Positions 30,272 to 42,050 of a DNA stretch of 64,000 bases are shown here, piece after piece. How positions within the stretch are numbered: position 1 is the stretch's first letter; the number at the start of each line of letters is the position of its first letter. Source of the stretch: Alphaproteobacteria bacterium (GTDB lineage Bacteria; Pseudomonadota; Alphaproteobacteria; Bin95); assembly GCA_964291285.2 (NCBI GenBank), contig OZ219785.1:672001-736000 (forward strand), read 5' to 3'. The notes under the pieces were generated by a model. That model searched no databases. It was given only the letters and a program-made list of their open reading frames with translations, and was not told the DNA's origin. A program made the position numbers and the translations under genes.

Positions 30272-30292
30272 CGTTCTCCGTCCCGTCCCCGC

Positions 30293-30760
30293 CTATTCCG
30301 TTGTCGCCGTCGCCTTGCCGTCGAGCGCGGCCGCGAAAGTATGCCACGGCAAGGTCGCGCATTTTACCCGCATCGGGAACTGGCGCACACCCGCCATGAC
30401 CAGGAGCCTGTCCAACTCCTCCTCGAACTCCTCCGGCACGTCCAGCGGATCGAACGCCTCGTCCGTGCAGACGGCGTGGAACAGGTCGAACAGCCGCCGC
30501 GCCTCCGCCTCGCTGCGCCCCTTCAGCAGCTCGGTCATCATCGAGGCGGACGCGGTCGTGATTGCGCAGCCGCGGCCCTGGAAAGCCACGTCGCCGACCT
30601 CGCCCGCCCCGTTCAGCTTGACATAGACATGCACCCGGTCGCCGCAGAGCGGGTTGTCGCCCCGCGCCTCGCCGTCGGCGTCCTCGATGCGGCGGAAATT
30701 GCGCGGGTTGCGGCCGTGGTCGAGGATCACCTCCTGGTAAAGCTCGCGCAGCTCGTTCAT
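30293..30760 (-). CDS. sufU: SufU (NifU-like) scaffold/sulfur transfer protein
   Basis: LYQEVILDH, NPLCGD, GCAI, RVKCATLPW. Confidence 0.9.
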   Translation of the reverse strand: MNELRELYQEVILDHGRNPRNFRRIEDADGEARGDNPLCGDRVHVYVKLNGAGEVGDVAFQGRGCAITTASASMMTELLKGRSEAEARRLFDLFHAVCTDEAFDPLDVPEEFEEELDRLLVMAGVRQFPMRVKCATLPWHTFAAALDGKATATTE

Positions 30761-32013
30761 CGCCCGAAGATCTCCGCGACCTCGTCCAGCGCCTCGACCA
30801 GCCGGTCCACCTCGTTCTTCATGTTGTAGAGCCCGAAGGAGGCCCTGGCCGTCGCGCCGACATCGAAGCGCTCCATCACCGGGAAGGCGCAGTGATGGCC
30901 GGCGCGCACCGCCACGCCCGCCCGGTCGATGATGGTGCCGATGTCGTGGGGATGGGCCTGGTCCATGGTGAAGGAGACGATGGCGCCCCGCTCGCGCGCA
31001 TGGCCGACGATCCGCACGCCCGGCACGGCGGCCAGGCGCTCGCGGGCATATTCGGCGACATCCGTTTCGTGCGCCAGGATCGCGTCGCGCCCGACGGCCT
31101 CGATATAGTCGAGCGCCGCGCCCAGCCCCACCGCCTCGACGATGGCGGGCGTGCCGGCCTCGAATTTGTGCGGCGCTGCCTTGAAGGTGCTCTTCTCGAA
31201 GGTGACGTGCGCGATCATCTCGCCGCCGCCCTGGTAGGGCGGCATGGCGTCGAGCAGCGCCTTCCGGCCCCAGAGCGCGCCGATGCCGGTCGGCCCGTAG
31301 GTCTTGTGCCCGGAGAAGCAGTAGAAATCGACGCCGAGCTCCTGCACGTCGACGGCCATGTGCGGCGCGGCCTGGCAGCCGTCCACCATGAACAGCGCGC
31401 CCTTCTCATGCGCCATCCGCGCCATCTGGCGGATCGGCAGCACGGTGCCGATGGAGTTGGAGACATGGGTGACCGAGACGAGCTTCGCCCGGCCGTCGCC
31501 CAGCAGCGCGGCATAGGCGTCGAGATCGACCTCGCCCGCATCGTCCACGGGAATGACCGCGAGCTCGGCCCCCGTCTCGTCGCGCAGAAATTGCCAGGGC
31601 ACGATGTTGGAATGGTGCTCCAGCGTTGAGATCACGATCCGGTCGCCCGGCCCGATATTCGCCCGGCCCCATGTGGCGGCGACGAGGTTGAGGGCTTCCG
31701 TGGCGCCCCGCGTCCAGACGATTTCGTCGGCTTCCGGCGCATTGATGAAGCGCGCCACGGTCTCCCTCGCCGCCTCGAACTGGTCCGTGCAGGCCTGGGA
31801 GAGGAAATGGACGCCGCGATGGACGTTGGAGTAGGTCTCCTCCATCACCTCCGTCATGGCGCGGATGACCTGGCGCGGCTTCTGGGCGCTCGCGCCCGTG
31901 TCCAGATAGACCAGCGGCTTGCCGAACACCTCGCGCGCGAGGATCGGGAAGTCCCGGCGGATCGCCAGCACATCGTAATTCGGCCTGAGGGTCGGGGTGC
32001 TGTCCGGGCTCAT
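30757..32013 (-). CDS. sufS: Cysteine desulfurase
   Basis: YLDTGASAQKP, EHHSNIVPW, FSGHKTYGPTG, RAGHHCA. Confidence 0.95.
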   Translation of the reverse strand: MSPDSTPTLRPNYDVLAIRRDFPILAREVFGKPLVYLDTGASAQKPRQVIRAMTEVMEETYSNVHRGVHFLSQACTDQFEAARETVARFINAPEADEIVWTRGATEALNLVAATWGRANIGPGDRIVISTLEHHSNIVPWQFLRDETGAELAVIPVDDAGEVDLDAYAALLGDGRAKLVSVTHVSNSIGTVLPIRQMARMAHEKGALFMVDGCQAAPHMAVDVQELGVDFYCFSGHKTYGPTGIGALWGRKALLDAMPPYQGGGEMIAHVTFEKSTFKAAPHKFEAGTPAIVEAVGLGAALDYIEAVGRDAILAHETDVAEYARERLAAVPGVRIVGHARERGAIVSFTMDQAHPHDIGTIIDRAGVAVRAGHHCAFPVMERFDVGATARASFGLYNMKNEVDRLVEALDEVAEIFGR

Positions 32014-33226
32014 GCGCCGGCCTCCAGAAATCCGTCTATTCGTTCTTCGACCGCCGAGCGCAGCGCGCCTTCCGGCGTGTCTTCCAGTATCTCCGACAGG
32101 AAGGCGCGCACCAGCAGCCCGCGGGCGGTGTCGGCAGGAATGCCGCGCGAGCGCAGATAGAACAGGGCGTCGCCGTCTATGTCGCCGGCCGTGGCGCCGT
32201 GGCTGCACTGCACGTCGTCGGCGTAGATTTCCAGCACCGGCTTGGCGTCGATCTCGGCCCGGCCCGAAAGCAGCAGCGCGCGGTTGAGCTGGTGGCCGTC
32301 CGTCTTCTGCGCGCCCTCGGCGACGACGATATGGCCCTGGAAGACGCCGCGCGCCTGTCCGCCGATTGCGCCCTTGTACACCTGCCGGCTGGTCGCGTCC
32401 GGCGCGCGGTGCTCGATGCGGCTCGTATGGTCGGCAAGCTGGCGGCCGGCGATGGCGTAGGCCCCGTTGAGCGCCAGCTGCGCGCCTTCGCCCGCGATGT
32501 CCGCCTCGATCTGGTTGCGCGACAGCCGCGCGCCGAAGGTGAACACGGTGCTCTCCAGCACCGCGCCCCGGCCCAGCCGCGCGGGCATGAACCAGAGATG
32601 GTGCGCGTCCGCCCCTTCCTCCTGGAGCTTGGTGTGGCGGAGCCGCCCGCCGGCCTCGATCTCCACCTCGGTCACGCCGTTGACGAAATAGGCGCCCGCG
32701 CCGAGACCGATGTGCCGCTCAATGACATGCGCCGCGCCGCCGGACCCGACAACGATCCGGTTGCGCGATTGCGCCACCGGGCCGGTGCGACCCGGTACGG
32801 TCGCATGGACGATCTCGATGGGCTCGTCCCAAACTTCGCCGACGGTCAGCGCGTAGCCGTCGCCCGCCATGGCGGCGTTGAGCGCGACCAGCGGCTCGCC
32901 GTCCGCCTCCGCCATTCCGTCCGGACCGGTCCAGCGTTCGACGGGCACGGTCGAGAGGTCTTCGCGCAGGAAGCCGTTGACCAGCACGATGCGCGGCCCG
33001 TCGCCGAGGAAGGGCACGGCGGCTTCCGGGTCCGGAGCCGCCGGCTGGAAGCGCTGGCGGGCCAGCGGGCGCAGGCTCGTATATTTCCACGCCTCGACCC
33101 GGTTGGTCGGAAAGCCCTTCGCGGCGAAGGTCTCGAAGGCGGTCCCGCGCTCGCCCGGCAGCGAGGCGCGGATGCTCTCGAACGCCTCGCGGTAAGCCTC
33201 GACGCCTGGTAACGCGACTTGGGGCG

Positions 33227-33230
<4 letters not shown>
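32010..33230 (-). CDS. sufD: Fe-S assembly protein SufD
   Basis: EAWKYT, AQKTDGHQ, KPVLEIYADDVQCSHGAT, FYLRSRGI. Confidence 0.93.
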
Positions 33231-33975
<745 letters not shown>

Positions 33976-33976
<1 letters not shown>

Positions 33977-35430
33977 CAGCCGACAGATCCTTCGAGCGAG
34001 ATACCGACGAGTTTCTGGGCCTCGACCGCGAACTCCATCGGCAGTTGCTGCAGCACTTCGCGGCAGAACCCGTTGACGATCAGCGCCACTGCCTCCTCCT
34101 CACCGATGCCGCGCTGGCGGCAGTAGAAGAGCTGGTCGTCGTCGATCTTGGAGGTGGTGGCCTCGTGCTCGACGCGGGCCGAGCGGTTCTGGCTCTCGAT
34201 ATAGGGGAAGGTGTGCGCCCCGCATTTCGAGCCGATGAGCAGCGAGTCGCACTGGGTGTAGTTTCGGGCGCTGGCCGCGCCGGGCAGCATCTTGACGAGG
34301 CCGCGATAGGCGTTGCTCGCGCGGCCCGCTGAAATGCCCTTGGAGATCACGCGCGAACGCGAGCGCGGGCCCATATGCACCATCTTGGTGCCGGTGTCTG
34401 CCTGCTGGTAGTTGTTGGTGATGGCGATGGAATAGAACTCGCCCACAGAGTCCGCGCCGTGCAGCATGCAACTCGGATATTTCCAGGTGATCGCCGAGCC
34501 GGTCTCCACCTGGGTCCAGGAAATCTTCGAGCGCGCGCCGACGCAGGCCCCGCGTTTGGTGACGAAGTTGAAGATGCCGCCGACGCCGTTCTCGTCGCCC
34601 GGATACCAGTTCTGCACGGTGGAATACTTGATCTCGGCATCGTCCAGCGCCACCAGCTCGACGACCGCGGCATGGAGCTGGTGCTCGTCGCGCATCGGCG
34701 CGGTGCAGCCTTCCAGATAGCTCACATAGGAGGAGTCTTCGGCGATGATGAGCGTGCGCTCGAACTGCCCGGTATTGGCCGCATTGATGCGGAAATAGGT
34801 GGACAGCTCCATCGGGCAGCGCACGCCCTTCGGCACGAACACGAAGGAGCCGTCCGTGAAGACGGCGGAGTTGAGCGTGGCGAAGAAATTGTCCGTGTAG
34901 GGAACCACCGAGCCCAGATATTTCCGCACCAGCTCCGGGTGGTTCTGCACCGCCTCGGAGATCGGGCAGAAGATGACGCCGTGCTCCTCCAGCTTCGCCT
35001 TGAAGGTGGTGGCGACCGAGACGCTGTCGAACACCGCGTCCACCGCCACGCCCGCCAGCATCTCCTGCTCGCGGAGCGGGATGCCGAGCTTGTCGTAGGT
35101 GGCCAGCAGTTCGGGGTCCACCTCGTCGAGCGACTTCGGCCCCTCCTTCTGCTTCGGCGCGGAGTAGTAATAGGCGTCCTGGTAGTCGATCATCGGGATG
35201 CCGAGCTTCGCCCAGTTCGGCTCGGTCATGGTCTGCCAGTGCCGGAAGGCCTCAAGGCGCCATTCCAGCAGCCATTCCGGCTCGTCCTTGATGGCGGAGA
35301 TGAAGCGCACGATGTCCTCGTTGAGCCCCTTGGGGGCCTGCTCGGACTCGATGTCGGTGACGAAGCCGTATTTGTAGCGGTCGCCGAGCGAGCGGACCTG
35401 CTCGACGGTTTCGGCGGCAACCCGGCTCAT
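33976..35430 (-). CDS. sufB: Fe-S assembly protein SufB
   Basis: [38 protein letters not shown]. Confidence 0.95.
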
Positions 35431-35867
35431 GGGTGCAACTCCTGCGGCTCGAAACGCGAGAAGTCCCGCATCGGGGCCAGCATGTCGGCGAGCGTCACCT
35501 CTTCCAGCGCGTCGCGGACGGCGTTGTTGATCCGGTCCCAGGAGCCGCGCAGCAGGCAGGTCGCCTCGATGGCGCAGTCGCCGCCGTCCACGCAGGCGGT
35601 CAGCGCCACCGGCCCGTCCACCGCCAGCACGATCTCGGCGACGGAAATGTCTTCCGGCGGCCGGTCGGCCGTATAGCCGCCATGCGCACCCCGGACCGAG
35701 GCCACCAGCCCGGCATGGGCCAGCGCCTTCAGCACCTGGGACACGGTGGAGGCGGCGAGGCCCGTCGCCTCGGCGACCTCGCTCGCCGAACGCGGCCGTT
35801 CGGGCCGGGACGCCAATTGCCCCAGAACGACGACGGCGTAGTCGTTCATCCGGCTCAGTCTCAGCAT
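35427..35867 (-). CDS. Rrf2-family SUF operon regulator
   Basis: [21 protein letters not shown], three C-terminal Cys; first gene of the suf operon. Confidence 0.88.
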   Translation of the reverse strand: MLRLSRMNDYAVVVLGQLASRPERPRSASEVAEATGLAASTVSQVLKALAHAGLVASVRGAHGGYTADRPPEDISVAEIVLAVDGPVALTACVDGGDCAIEATCLLRGSWDRINNAVRDALEEVTLADMLAPMRDFSRFEPQELHP

Positions 35868-35873
35868 CGCCTC

Positions 35874-35926
35874 AATCCGTAGTCATTCGCTCCGGATTGG
35901 AAACTGTACCGGAACGATACGGATTT
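35874..35926. promoter_or_regulatory. Candidate Rrf2 operator(s)
   Basis: AATCCG-N13-CGGATT palindrome (35874-35898) followed by a similar half-site CGGATTT at 35920, just upstream of the regulator start. Confidence 0.4.
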
Positions 35927-35995
35927 CAAGCCCTGCGCGCCCCGCGCGACGGAATGCCCGTGCCCTTGTTCTCCGCCGCCGCTATAAGGGCCGGC

Positions 35996-36772
35996 ATGGA
36001 ACGATCCCCGGCGATTCCGAAGCCCGCCGCCAGCGTGCTCATCCTGCGCGACCGCCCGGACGGCCTCGAGGTCTTCATGGTGCTGCGCAGCCCCGAACTT
36101 GACTTCTCCTCGGGCGCGCTGGTTTTTCCGGGCGGCAAGGTCGATCCGGAAGACGGAGACCCCGTGCTCGCCGCACGCGCCACCGGCCGCTTCGGCGAGA
36201 GGGCGCGGGCGCACCGCATCGCGGCCGTGCGCGAGGCGTTCGAGGAGACGGGCGTGCTGCTGGCGCGGCGCGCGGGGTCCATGCAGCCGCCGGAAGACGC
36301 CGGGCGGATCGTGGCGCGCTGGCGGGCCGGCGTGCATGACGGCAGCGTGCCGTTCCACGACTTCCTCAAGGCCGAGGACCTCGTCGCCGACACGGCGGCG
36401 CTCTGCCATTGCGCGCATTGGATCACGCCCGAACACTCGGCCCGGCGCTTCGACGTGCATTTCTACCTGGCCGCCCTGCCGCCGGGTCAGGACGGCAGCC
36501 ATGACGGCTCCGAATCCGTGGACTCGCTCTGGATCCGCCCGCAGATCGCGCTCCGCGACGCGGCCGAGGGGAACCGGCCGATCATGTTCCCGACCCGCGC
36601 CATCCTTTCCCGGCTGGCGCAGTCCGGCACCGTGTCGGACGCGCTCAGGCGCGCTGAGGCCGAGCCCGTGGAAACTGTGATGACGCGCATCGCGGCCACA
36701 CCCGCCGGGCGGGTGCTGCGCATTCCCCGCAGCGCCGGCTACCCCATGTCCGAACTCGCGCTCGACAGCTAG
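35996..36772 (+). CDS. NUDIX hydrolase (NUDT19-like)
   Basis: PAASVLILRD, VFPGGKVD, AVREAFEETG, HWITP...RRFD. Confidence 0.85.
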   Translation: MERSPAIPKPAASVLILRDRPDGLEVFMVLRSPELDFSSGALVFPGGKVDPEDGDPVLAARATGRFGERARAHRIAAVREAFEETGVLLARRAGSMQPPEDAGRIVARWRAGVHDGSVPFHDFLKAEDLVADTAALCHCAHWITPEHSARRFDVHFYLAALPPGQDGSHDGSESVDSLWIRPQIALRDAAEGNRPIMFPTRAILSRLAQSGTVSDALRRAEAEPVETVMTRIAATPAGRVLRIPRSAGYPMSELALDS

Positions 36773-36790
36773 AAAGGCGGCCATAGCCCC

Positions 36791-37525
36791 ATGTTCGATC
36801 TCAGCGGCAGAACCGCGCTGGTCACCGGCGCATCAGGCGGCATCGGTGCCGCGATTGCCCGCGCGCTGGCAGCGCAGGGCGCCCGCGTCGGGCTTTCCGG
36901 CACCCGCGAGGCGGCGCTCGAAGCGCTGGCCGGCGAGCTCGACGGCGCGGCGGTCCTGCCCTGCAATCTCGGCGACAGTGCGGCGGCGGACGGCCTGGTC
37001 GCGCGGGCGGAAGAAGAACTCGGCCCGCTCGACATCCTGGTCAGCAATGCCGGCGTCACGCGCGACGGCCTGTTCCTGCGCATGCGCGACGAGGACTGGC
37101 AGACGGTGCTGGACATCAACCTGACGGCCGGCTTCCGCCTCGCCCGCTCGGCGCTGCGCGGCATGATGCGCCGCCGGCGCGGGCGCATTATCGCGGTCTC
37201 CTCCGTGGTCGGCGTCACCGGCAATCCGGGCCAGGCCAACTATGCGGCCTCCAAGGCCGGCATGATCGGCATGACCAAGGCGGTCGCCGCCGAGGTCGCG
37301 GGGCGGGGGGTGACGGTCAATTGCATCGCGCCCGGCTTCATCGACACGGCCATGACGCAGGAATTGAACGAGAAGCAGCGCACGGAAGCGCTCAGCCGCG
37401 TGCCGGCCGGGCGTTTCGGCCTGCCCGAGGACGTCGCCGCCGCCGCGGTGTTCCTCGCCAGCGACGAGGCGGCCTATGTCACCGGCCAGACGCTGCATGT
37501 GAATGGCGGCATGGCGATGATATGA
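36791..37525 (+). CDS. fabG: 3-oxoacyl-ACP reductase
   Basis: TGASGGIG, NAGVTRD, GNPGQANYAASK, GQTLHVNGGM. Confidence 0.95.
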   Translation: MFDLSGRTALVTGASGGIGAAIARALAAQGARVGLSGTREAALEALAGELDGAAVLPCNLGDSAAADGLVARAEEELGPLDILVSNAGVTRDGLFLRMRDEDWQTVLDINLTAGFRLARSALRGMMRRRRGRIIAVSSVVGVTGNPGQANYAASKAGMIGMTKAVAAEVAGRGVTVNCIAPGFIDTAMTQELNEKQRTEALSRVPAGRFGLPEDVAAAAVFLASDEAAYVTGQTLHVNGGMAMI

Positions 37526-37635
37526 TGCGGCTCTGGCCCGTCCTTGCGGGCTGTGCTATGAGCCTTGCCGCCGTGCCGGGGTCTGGAAGCCGCAGCGGCA
37601 GGCCTGCATGAACAGTCCAGAAGGGAGGGGATTGA

Positions 37636-37869
37636 ATGAGCGATATCGCCGATCGCGTGAAGAAAATCGTCGTGGAGCATCTCGGCGTGGACGAGGGCAA
37701 GGTCGTTGAAGGGGCGAGCTTTATCGACGACCTGGGCGCCGACAGCCTCGACACGGTCGAGCTGGTGATGGCGTTCGAAGAGGAATTCGGCGTCGAGATA
37801 CCCGACGATGCGGCAGAGAAGATCGTGACGGTCAAGAACGCGATCGACTATATCAACGAGAACGCCTGA
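37636..37869 (+). CDS. acpP: Acyl carrier protein
   Basis: [20 protein letters not shown]. Confidence 0.97.
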   Translation: MSDIADRVKKIVVEHLGVDEGKVVEGASFIDDLGADSLDTVELVMAFEEEFGVEIPDDAAEKIVTVKNAIDYINENA

Positions 37870-37891
37870 CGCGGCCCCGGGGGGAAACGGC

Positions 37892-39154
37892 ATGCGCCGC
37901 GTGGTGGTCACCGGGATGGGGCTGGTCTCGCCGATGGGAATCGGCGTCGAACCCTCCTGGAAAAGGCTGGTCGAGAGCGAATCCGGCATCGGCCCCATCG
38001 ACACGTTCGATGTGTCCGACCTGCCTTGCCGCATTGCCGCCTACCTGCCGGCGGGAAGCCGCGAGGACGGCCGCTGGGACCCTGACGAGTGGATGCCCGC
38101 CCGGGACCGGCGCAAGCTCGACCCGTTCATCATCTACGGCATGGTGGCGGCCGACCAGGCGGTCGGGGATTCGGGCTGGGAGCCGGAGGACGAGGACGGC
38201 CGGAACCGCACCGGCGTCATGATCGGCTCCGGCATCGGCGGCCTGCAGACCATCCACGATGCCTCGATCCTGCTGCAGGAACGCGGCCCCCGGCGCATCA
38301 GCCCGTTCTTCATCCCGTCCGCGCTCATCAACCTCGTCTCCGGGCAGGTCTCGATCAGATACGGCTTCAAGGGTCCCAACCACTCGGTGGTCACCGCCTG
38401 CGCGACGGCGGCGCACGCCATCGGCGATGCGGCCCGGCTGATCGCGCTGGACGATGCCGATGTCATGGTTGCAGGCGGAGCGGAGGCCGCGATCTGCCGC
38501 CTCGGCATCGCCGGTTTCGCGGCCTCGCGGGCGCTTTCGACGAATTTCAACGACGAGCCGGAGCGCGCCTCCCGGCCCTGGGACAAGGCGCGCGACGGTT
38601 TCGTCATGGGCGAGGGCGCGGGCTGCATCGTGCTGGAGGAATATGAGCACGCGAAGGCGCGCGGGGCGCGGATCTATGCCGAGGTCGTCGGCTACGGCCT
38701 CTCCGGCGACGCCCACCACATCACCGCGCCCGCAGCCGACGGCGATGGCGGCTACCGCGCCATGGAGGCAGCGTTGAAGCGGGCCGGGCTCGACCCCGAG
38801 AAGATCGACTACATCAACGCCCACGGGACCTCGACGCCGCTCGGCGACGAGATCGAACTCGGGGCCGTGAAGCGCCTGTTCGGAGACCATGCCTACGAGT
38901 TGTCGATGTCCTCCACCAAGTCCGCCCACGGCCACCTGCTCGGCGCGGCCGGGGCCATCGAGGCGATCTTCACCATCAAGGCCGTGCAATGCGGTATCGC
39001 GCCGCCTACGCTCAATCTCGAAGACCCCTCGGATGGCTGCGACCTCGACCTCGTGCCCGGCGCGGCGAAGGAACGCAGGATCGAGCATGCGCTTTCCAAT
39101 TCCTTCGGGTTCGGCGGCACCAATACCTCGCTGGTTTTCGCCGGCGCGCCCTGA
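37892..39154 (+). CDS. fabF: Beta-ketoacyl-ACP synthase II
   Basis: TACAT, NAHGTST, SSTKSAHGHLLGAAG, SNSFGFGGTN. Confidence 0.95.
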   Translation: MRRVVVTGMGLVSPMGIGVEPSWKRLVESESGIGPIDTFDVSDLPCRIAAYLPAGSREDGRWDPDEWMPARDRRKLDPFIIYGMVAADQAVGDSGWEPEDEDGRNRTGVMIGSGIGGLQTIHDASILLQERGPRRISPFFIPSALINLVSGQVSIRYGFKGPNHSVVTACATAAHAIGDAARLIALDDADVMVAGGAEAAICRLGIAGFAASRALSTNFNDEPERASRPWDKARDGFVMGEGAGCIVLEEYEHAKARGARIYAEVVGYGLSGDAHHITAPAADGDGGYRAMEAALKRAGLDPEKIDYINAHGTSTPLGDEIELGAVKRLFGDHAYELSMSSTKSAHGHLLGAAGAIEAIFTIKAVQCGIAPPTLNLEDPSDGCDLDLVPGAAKERRIEHALSNSFGFGGTNTSLVFAGAP

Positions 39155-39160
39155 CCCTCG

Positions 39161-40135
39161 ATGGGCCGCCGTCGGCTTGCCGGCGTCCTTCTGGCACTGC
39201 TGGCGGCGGCAGCTACCGGGTTCGCATTCCGGGCCTGGCAGGATTTCAACGCGCCCGGCCCGCTCGCCGAGACGCGCCGGGTCGTCGTGCCGAAGGGCAC
39301 GGGCCTTGGGCTGCTGGCGGAACTGCTTGCCGAACGGGGCGTGTTGCGCGATCCGCTGGCCTTCCGGGTCTTCGTGATCGTGGACGGCGCGGAGAACCGC
39401 CTGAAAGCCGGCGAATACGATTTCCCCGCCGGCATCAGCGCTGCATCCGTCCGCGACCTGCTGGTGGCGGGCAGGACCGTCGTGCGCCGGTTGACGGTGC
39501 CGGAGGGGCTCACCACCGCTGCGGTGCTGGACCTTCTGCGGAACGCCGAAGGGCTGGTCGGCGAGGCGCCCGACCCCGGCGAGGGGCGGCTGTTGCCGGA
39601 GACCTACCATTACAGCCATGGCGACGGCCGCGCGGACCTGGTGGCGCGGATGCAGCGTGCCATGGACAAGGCGCTGGTGCGCCTGTTCCGCGACCGGCCG
39701 GCCGGTTCGCCGCTCGGAAGCGAGACCGAGCTGCTCACCCTCGCCTCGATCGTCGAGAAGGAAACCGGCCTTTCGGGAGAGCGGGCCCTGGTCGCCGGCG
39801 TGTTCGTCAACCGCCTGAAGCGCGGCATGCGCCTCCAGACGGACCCGACGGTCATCTACGCGCTCACCGGCGGCCAGCGGGAGCTCGGGCGCCCGCTCAC
39901 CCGCGCCGACCTCCGCGTGAACCACCCCTACAACACCTATCGCATCCGCGGGCTGCCGCCGGGCCCGATCGCCAATCCGGGCCTGGCGGCGCTGGAGGCG
40001 GCGGCGCGGCCTGCGGAAACGGATGCGCTCTATTTCGTCGCCGACGGCGCGGGCGGCCATCTGTTCGCGCGCACGCTCGAGGAGCACAATCGCAATGCCG
40101 CCCGCTACCGCAGGCTGTTGAGGCGCTTGCAGTGA
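39161..40135 (+). CDS. mltG: Endolytic transglycosylase
   Basis: LASIVEKET, MRLQTDPTVIY, PYNTY...GLPPGPIANPG. Confidence 0.93.
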   Translation: MGRRRLAGVLLALLAAAATGFAFRAWQDFNAPGPLAETRRVVVPKGTGLGLLAELLAERGVLRDPLAFRVFVIVDGAENRLKAGEYDFPAGISAASVRDLLVAGRTVVRRLTVPEGLTTAAVLDLLRNAEGLVGEAPDPGEGRLLPETYHYSHGDGRADLVARMQRAMDKALVRLFRDRPAGSPLGSETELLTLASIVEKETGLSGERALVAGVFVNRLKRGMRLQTDPTVIYALTGGQRELGRPLTRADLRVNHPYNTYRIRGLPPGPIANPGLAALEAAARPAETDALYFVADGAGGHLFARTLEEHNRNAARYRRLLRRLQ

Positions 40136-40971
40136 CAGAGCTGTCTTCCATGACCGGTTTCGCGTCCGCCGCCGGCCCCGGCTGGCGCTGGGAGGTCCGT
40201 TCGGTCAACCATCGCGGCCTCGACCTGCGCCTGCGCCTGCCTTCCGGCTGCGACGGGCTGGAGCCGGCGATCCGCAAGGCGGTGCAGGCCCGGTTCCAGC
40301 GCGGCAGCATCTCGCTGGAATTGCGGTTCGAGCAGGTGCAGGGGCGGCAGCGCTACAGGGTGGACGAAGCGTGGCTCGACGAGCTGGCGGCCGTGGCCGA
40401 AAAGCGGGGCGGCGGAGACCCGGCCGGCCTGATGGGCCTGCGCGGCGTCATCGAGGCGGTCGATCCCGGCCTCGAGGCGCGCGACGAGGCGGCGTTGCTC
40501 GCGACCCTGGAGGACGCTCTGGACGGGCTCCTGGACGCGCGGCGCAGGGAGGGCCGGGCGCTCGCCGCGGCGCTGGACGGGCATCTCCTCGCCATGAAGG
40601 CCGGGGCCGGCGCGGCGCGGGGCATGGCGGCGTCGCAGCCGGCCGCGCTCAGGGACCGGCTCGCCGCCGCCATCGCCGCGCTCGACGTCGAGCTTCCCGA
40701 GGACCGGCTCGCGCAGGAAGTCGCGCTGCTGGCCGCGAAGGCGGATGTGCGCGAGGAGCTCGACCGGCTCGACGCGCATCTGGAGGCGGCAGGGGCGCTT
40801 CTCGCCTCAGGCGGCGCGGTCGGCCGCAAGCTCGACTTCCTCTGCCAGGAAATCCACCGCGAGGCCAACACGCTCGGCTCCAAATCGGCGGACCTCGACC
40901 TCACCCGCACCGTGCTGGACCTCAAGGCCGCGCTGGAAGCCTTTCGCGAGCAGGCGCGCAACCTCGAATGA
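40132..40971 (+). CDS. yicC: YicC/YloC family endoribonuclease
   Basis: SMTGFA, WEVRSVNHRGLD, GRKLDFLCQEIHREANTLGSK. Confidence 0.9.
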   Translation: MTELSSMTGFASAAGPGWRWEVRSVNHRGLDLRLRLPSGCDGLEPAIRKAVQARFQRGSISLELRFEQVQGRQRYRVDEAWLDELAAVAEKRGGGDPAGLMGLRGVIEAVDPGLEARDEAALLATLEDALDGLLDARRREGRALAAALDGHLLAMKAGAGAARGMAASQPAALRDRLAAAIAALDVELPEDRLAQEVALLAAKADVREELDRLDAHLEAAGALLASGGAVGRKLDFLCQEIHREANTLGSKSADLDLTRTVLDLKAALEAFREQARNLE

Positions 40972-41612
40972 AGCCTGCCCGACCCGTAGCGACGCGCGGC
41001 CTGATGCTGGTGCTCTCCTCGCCTTCCGGCGCCGGCAAGAGCACGATCAGCCGCGCCGTGCTGGAGCGCGAGGAGAACATCGCGCTCTCGGTCAGCCTGA
41101 CGACGCGCCCGCCCCGCAAGGGCGAGGTGGACGGCCGCGATTACATTTTCGTCGATGACGCCGCGTTCCGGGAGATGGTCGAAAGGGACGGCTTCCTCGA
41201 ACATGCCGAGGTCTTCGGGCACCGCTACGGCACGCCGCGCGCGCCCGTCGAAGCGGCGCTCGAGGACGGGCGCGACATGCTGTTCGACATCGACTGGCAG
41301 GGCGCGCAGCAGATTGCCGAGAAGGCCCGGACCGACCTGGTCGGCGTCTTCGTGCTGCCGCCGTCCATCGAGGAGCTGGAGCGGCGCCTGCACGCCCGTG
41401 CCCAGGACAGTTCCGAGGTGGTGCGCGCGCGCATGGCCAAGGCGCTCGACGAGGTGAGCCACTATGCCGAATACGACTATGTCGTTATCAACAGCGACCT
41501 GGAGACGAGCATCGAAGAGGTCCGCAGTATTCTTCGGGCAGAGCGCCGCAGGCGGACGCGGCAGACGGGCCTGACCGACTTCGTGAACACGCTCAGGGGA
41601 GAAAGGCGATGA
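40968..41612 (+). CDS. gmk: Guanylate kinase
   Basis: SSPSGAGKST, TTRPPRKGEVDGRDY, DIDWQGA. Confidence 0.95.
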   Translation: MKPARPVATRGLMLVLSSPSGAGKSTISRAVLEREENIALSVSLTTRPPRKGEVDGRDYIFVDDAAFREMVERDGFLEHAEVFGHRYGTPRAPVEAALEDGRDMLFDIDWQGAQQIAEKARTDLVGVFVLPPSIEELERRLHARAQDSSEVVRARMAKALDEVSHYAEYDYVVINSDLETSIEEVRSILRAERRRRTRQTGLTDFVNTLRGERR

Positions 41613-41998
41613 ACGCCGTGCCCAATCCCGCCCCCGGTTTCCGCAAGCGGCCGGATCACCGCATCACCATCGAGCCGGCGGAAGGCCGGGTCGTCGTGAC
41701 CTTCGCCGGCCGGACCGTGGCCGACAGCCGCCGCGCGCTGCTCATGCGCGAAAGCAGCTATCCGCCGGTCCACTACATCCCCGAGGAGGACCTCGACCGG
41801 AGCCTCATGCGCCCGAGCGCGCGGACGAGCCATTGCCCCTTCAAGGGGGACGCCAGCTACCGCACGCTCGTCGCCGGGGAGCGCGTCGCGGAGGACGCCG
41901 TCTGGAGCTATCCGGCGCCGTTCGACGAATGCGCGGCGATTGCCGGCCACGCCGCCTTCTATGCCGACAAGGTCGATTCCATAGAACTCCTGCCCTGA
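41609..41998 (+). CDS. DUF427 domain protein
   Basis: YPPVHYIP, SHCPFKGDASY, AVWSY, IAGHAAFY. Confidence 0.88.
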   Translation: MNAVPNPAPGFRKRPDHRITIEPAEGRVVVTFAGRTVADSRRALLMRESSYPPVHYIPEEDLDRSLMRPSARTSHCPFKGDASYRTLVAGERVAEDAVWSYPAPFDECAAIAGHAAFYADKVDSIELLP

Positions 41999-42024
41999 CG
42001 GGCTGCCGTCTCTATCCCGTTTCG

Positions 42025-42050
42025 ATACCTTTTTTGTTCTTGTTTTTTTC
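42025..42050 (+). promoter_or_regulatory. LexA-like (GTTC-N7-GTTC type) box in an AT-rich promoter region
   Basis: ATAC-N7-GTTC-N7-TTTC followed by CTATATAT. Confidence 0.45.
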
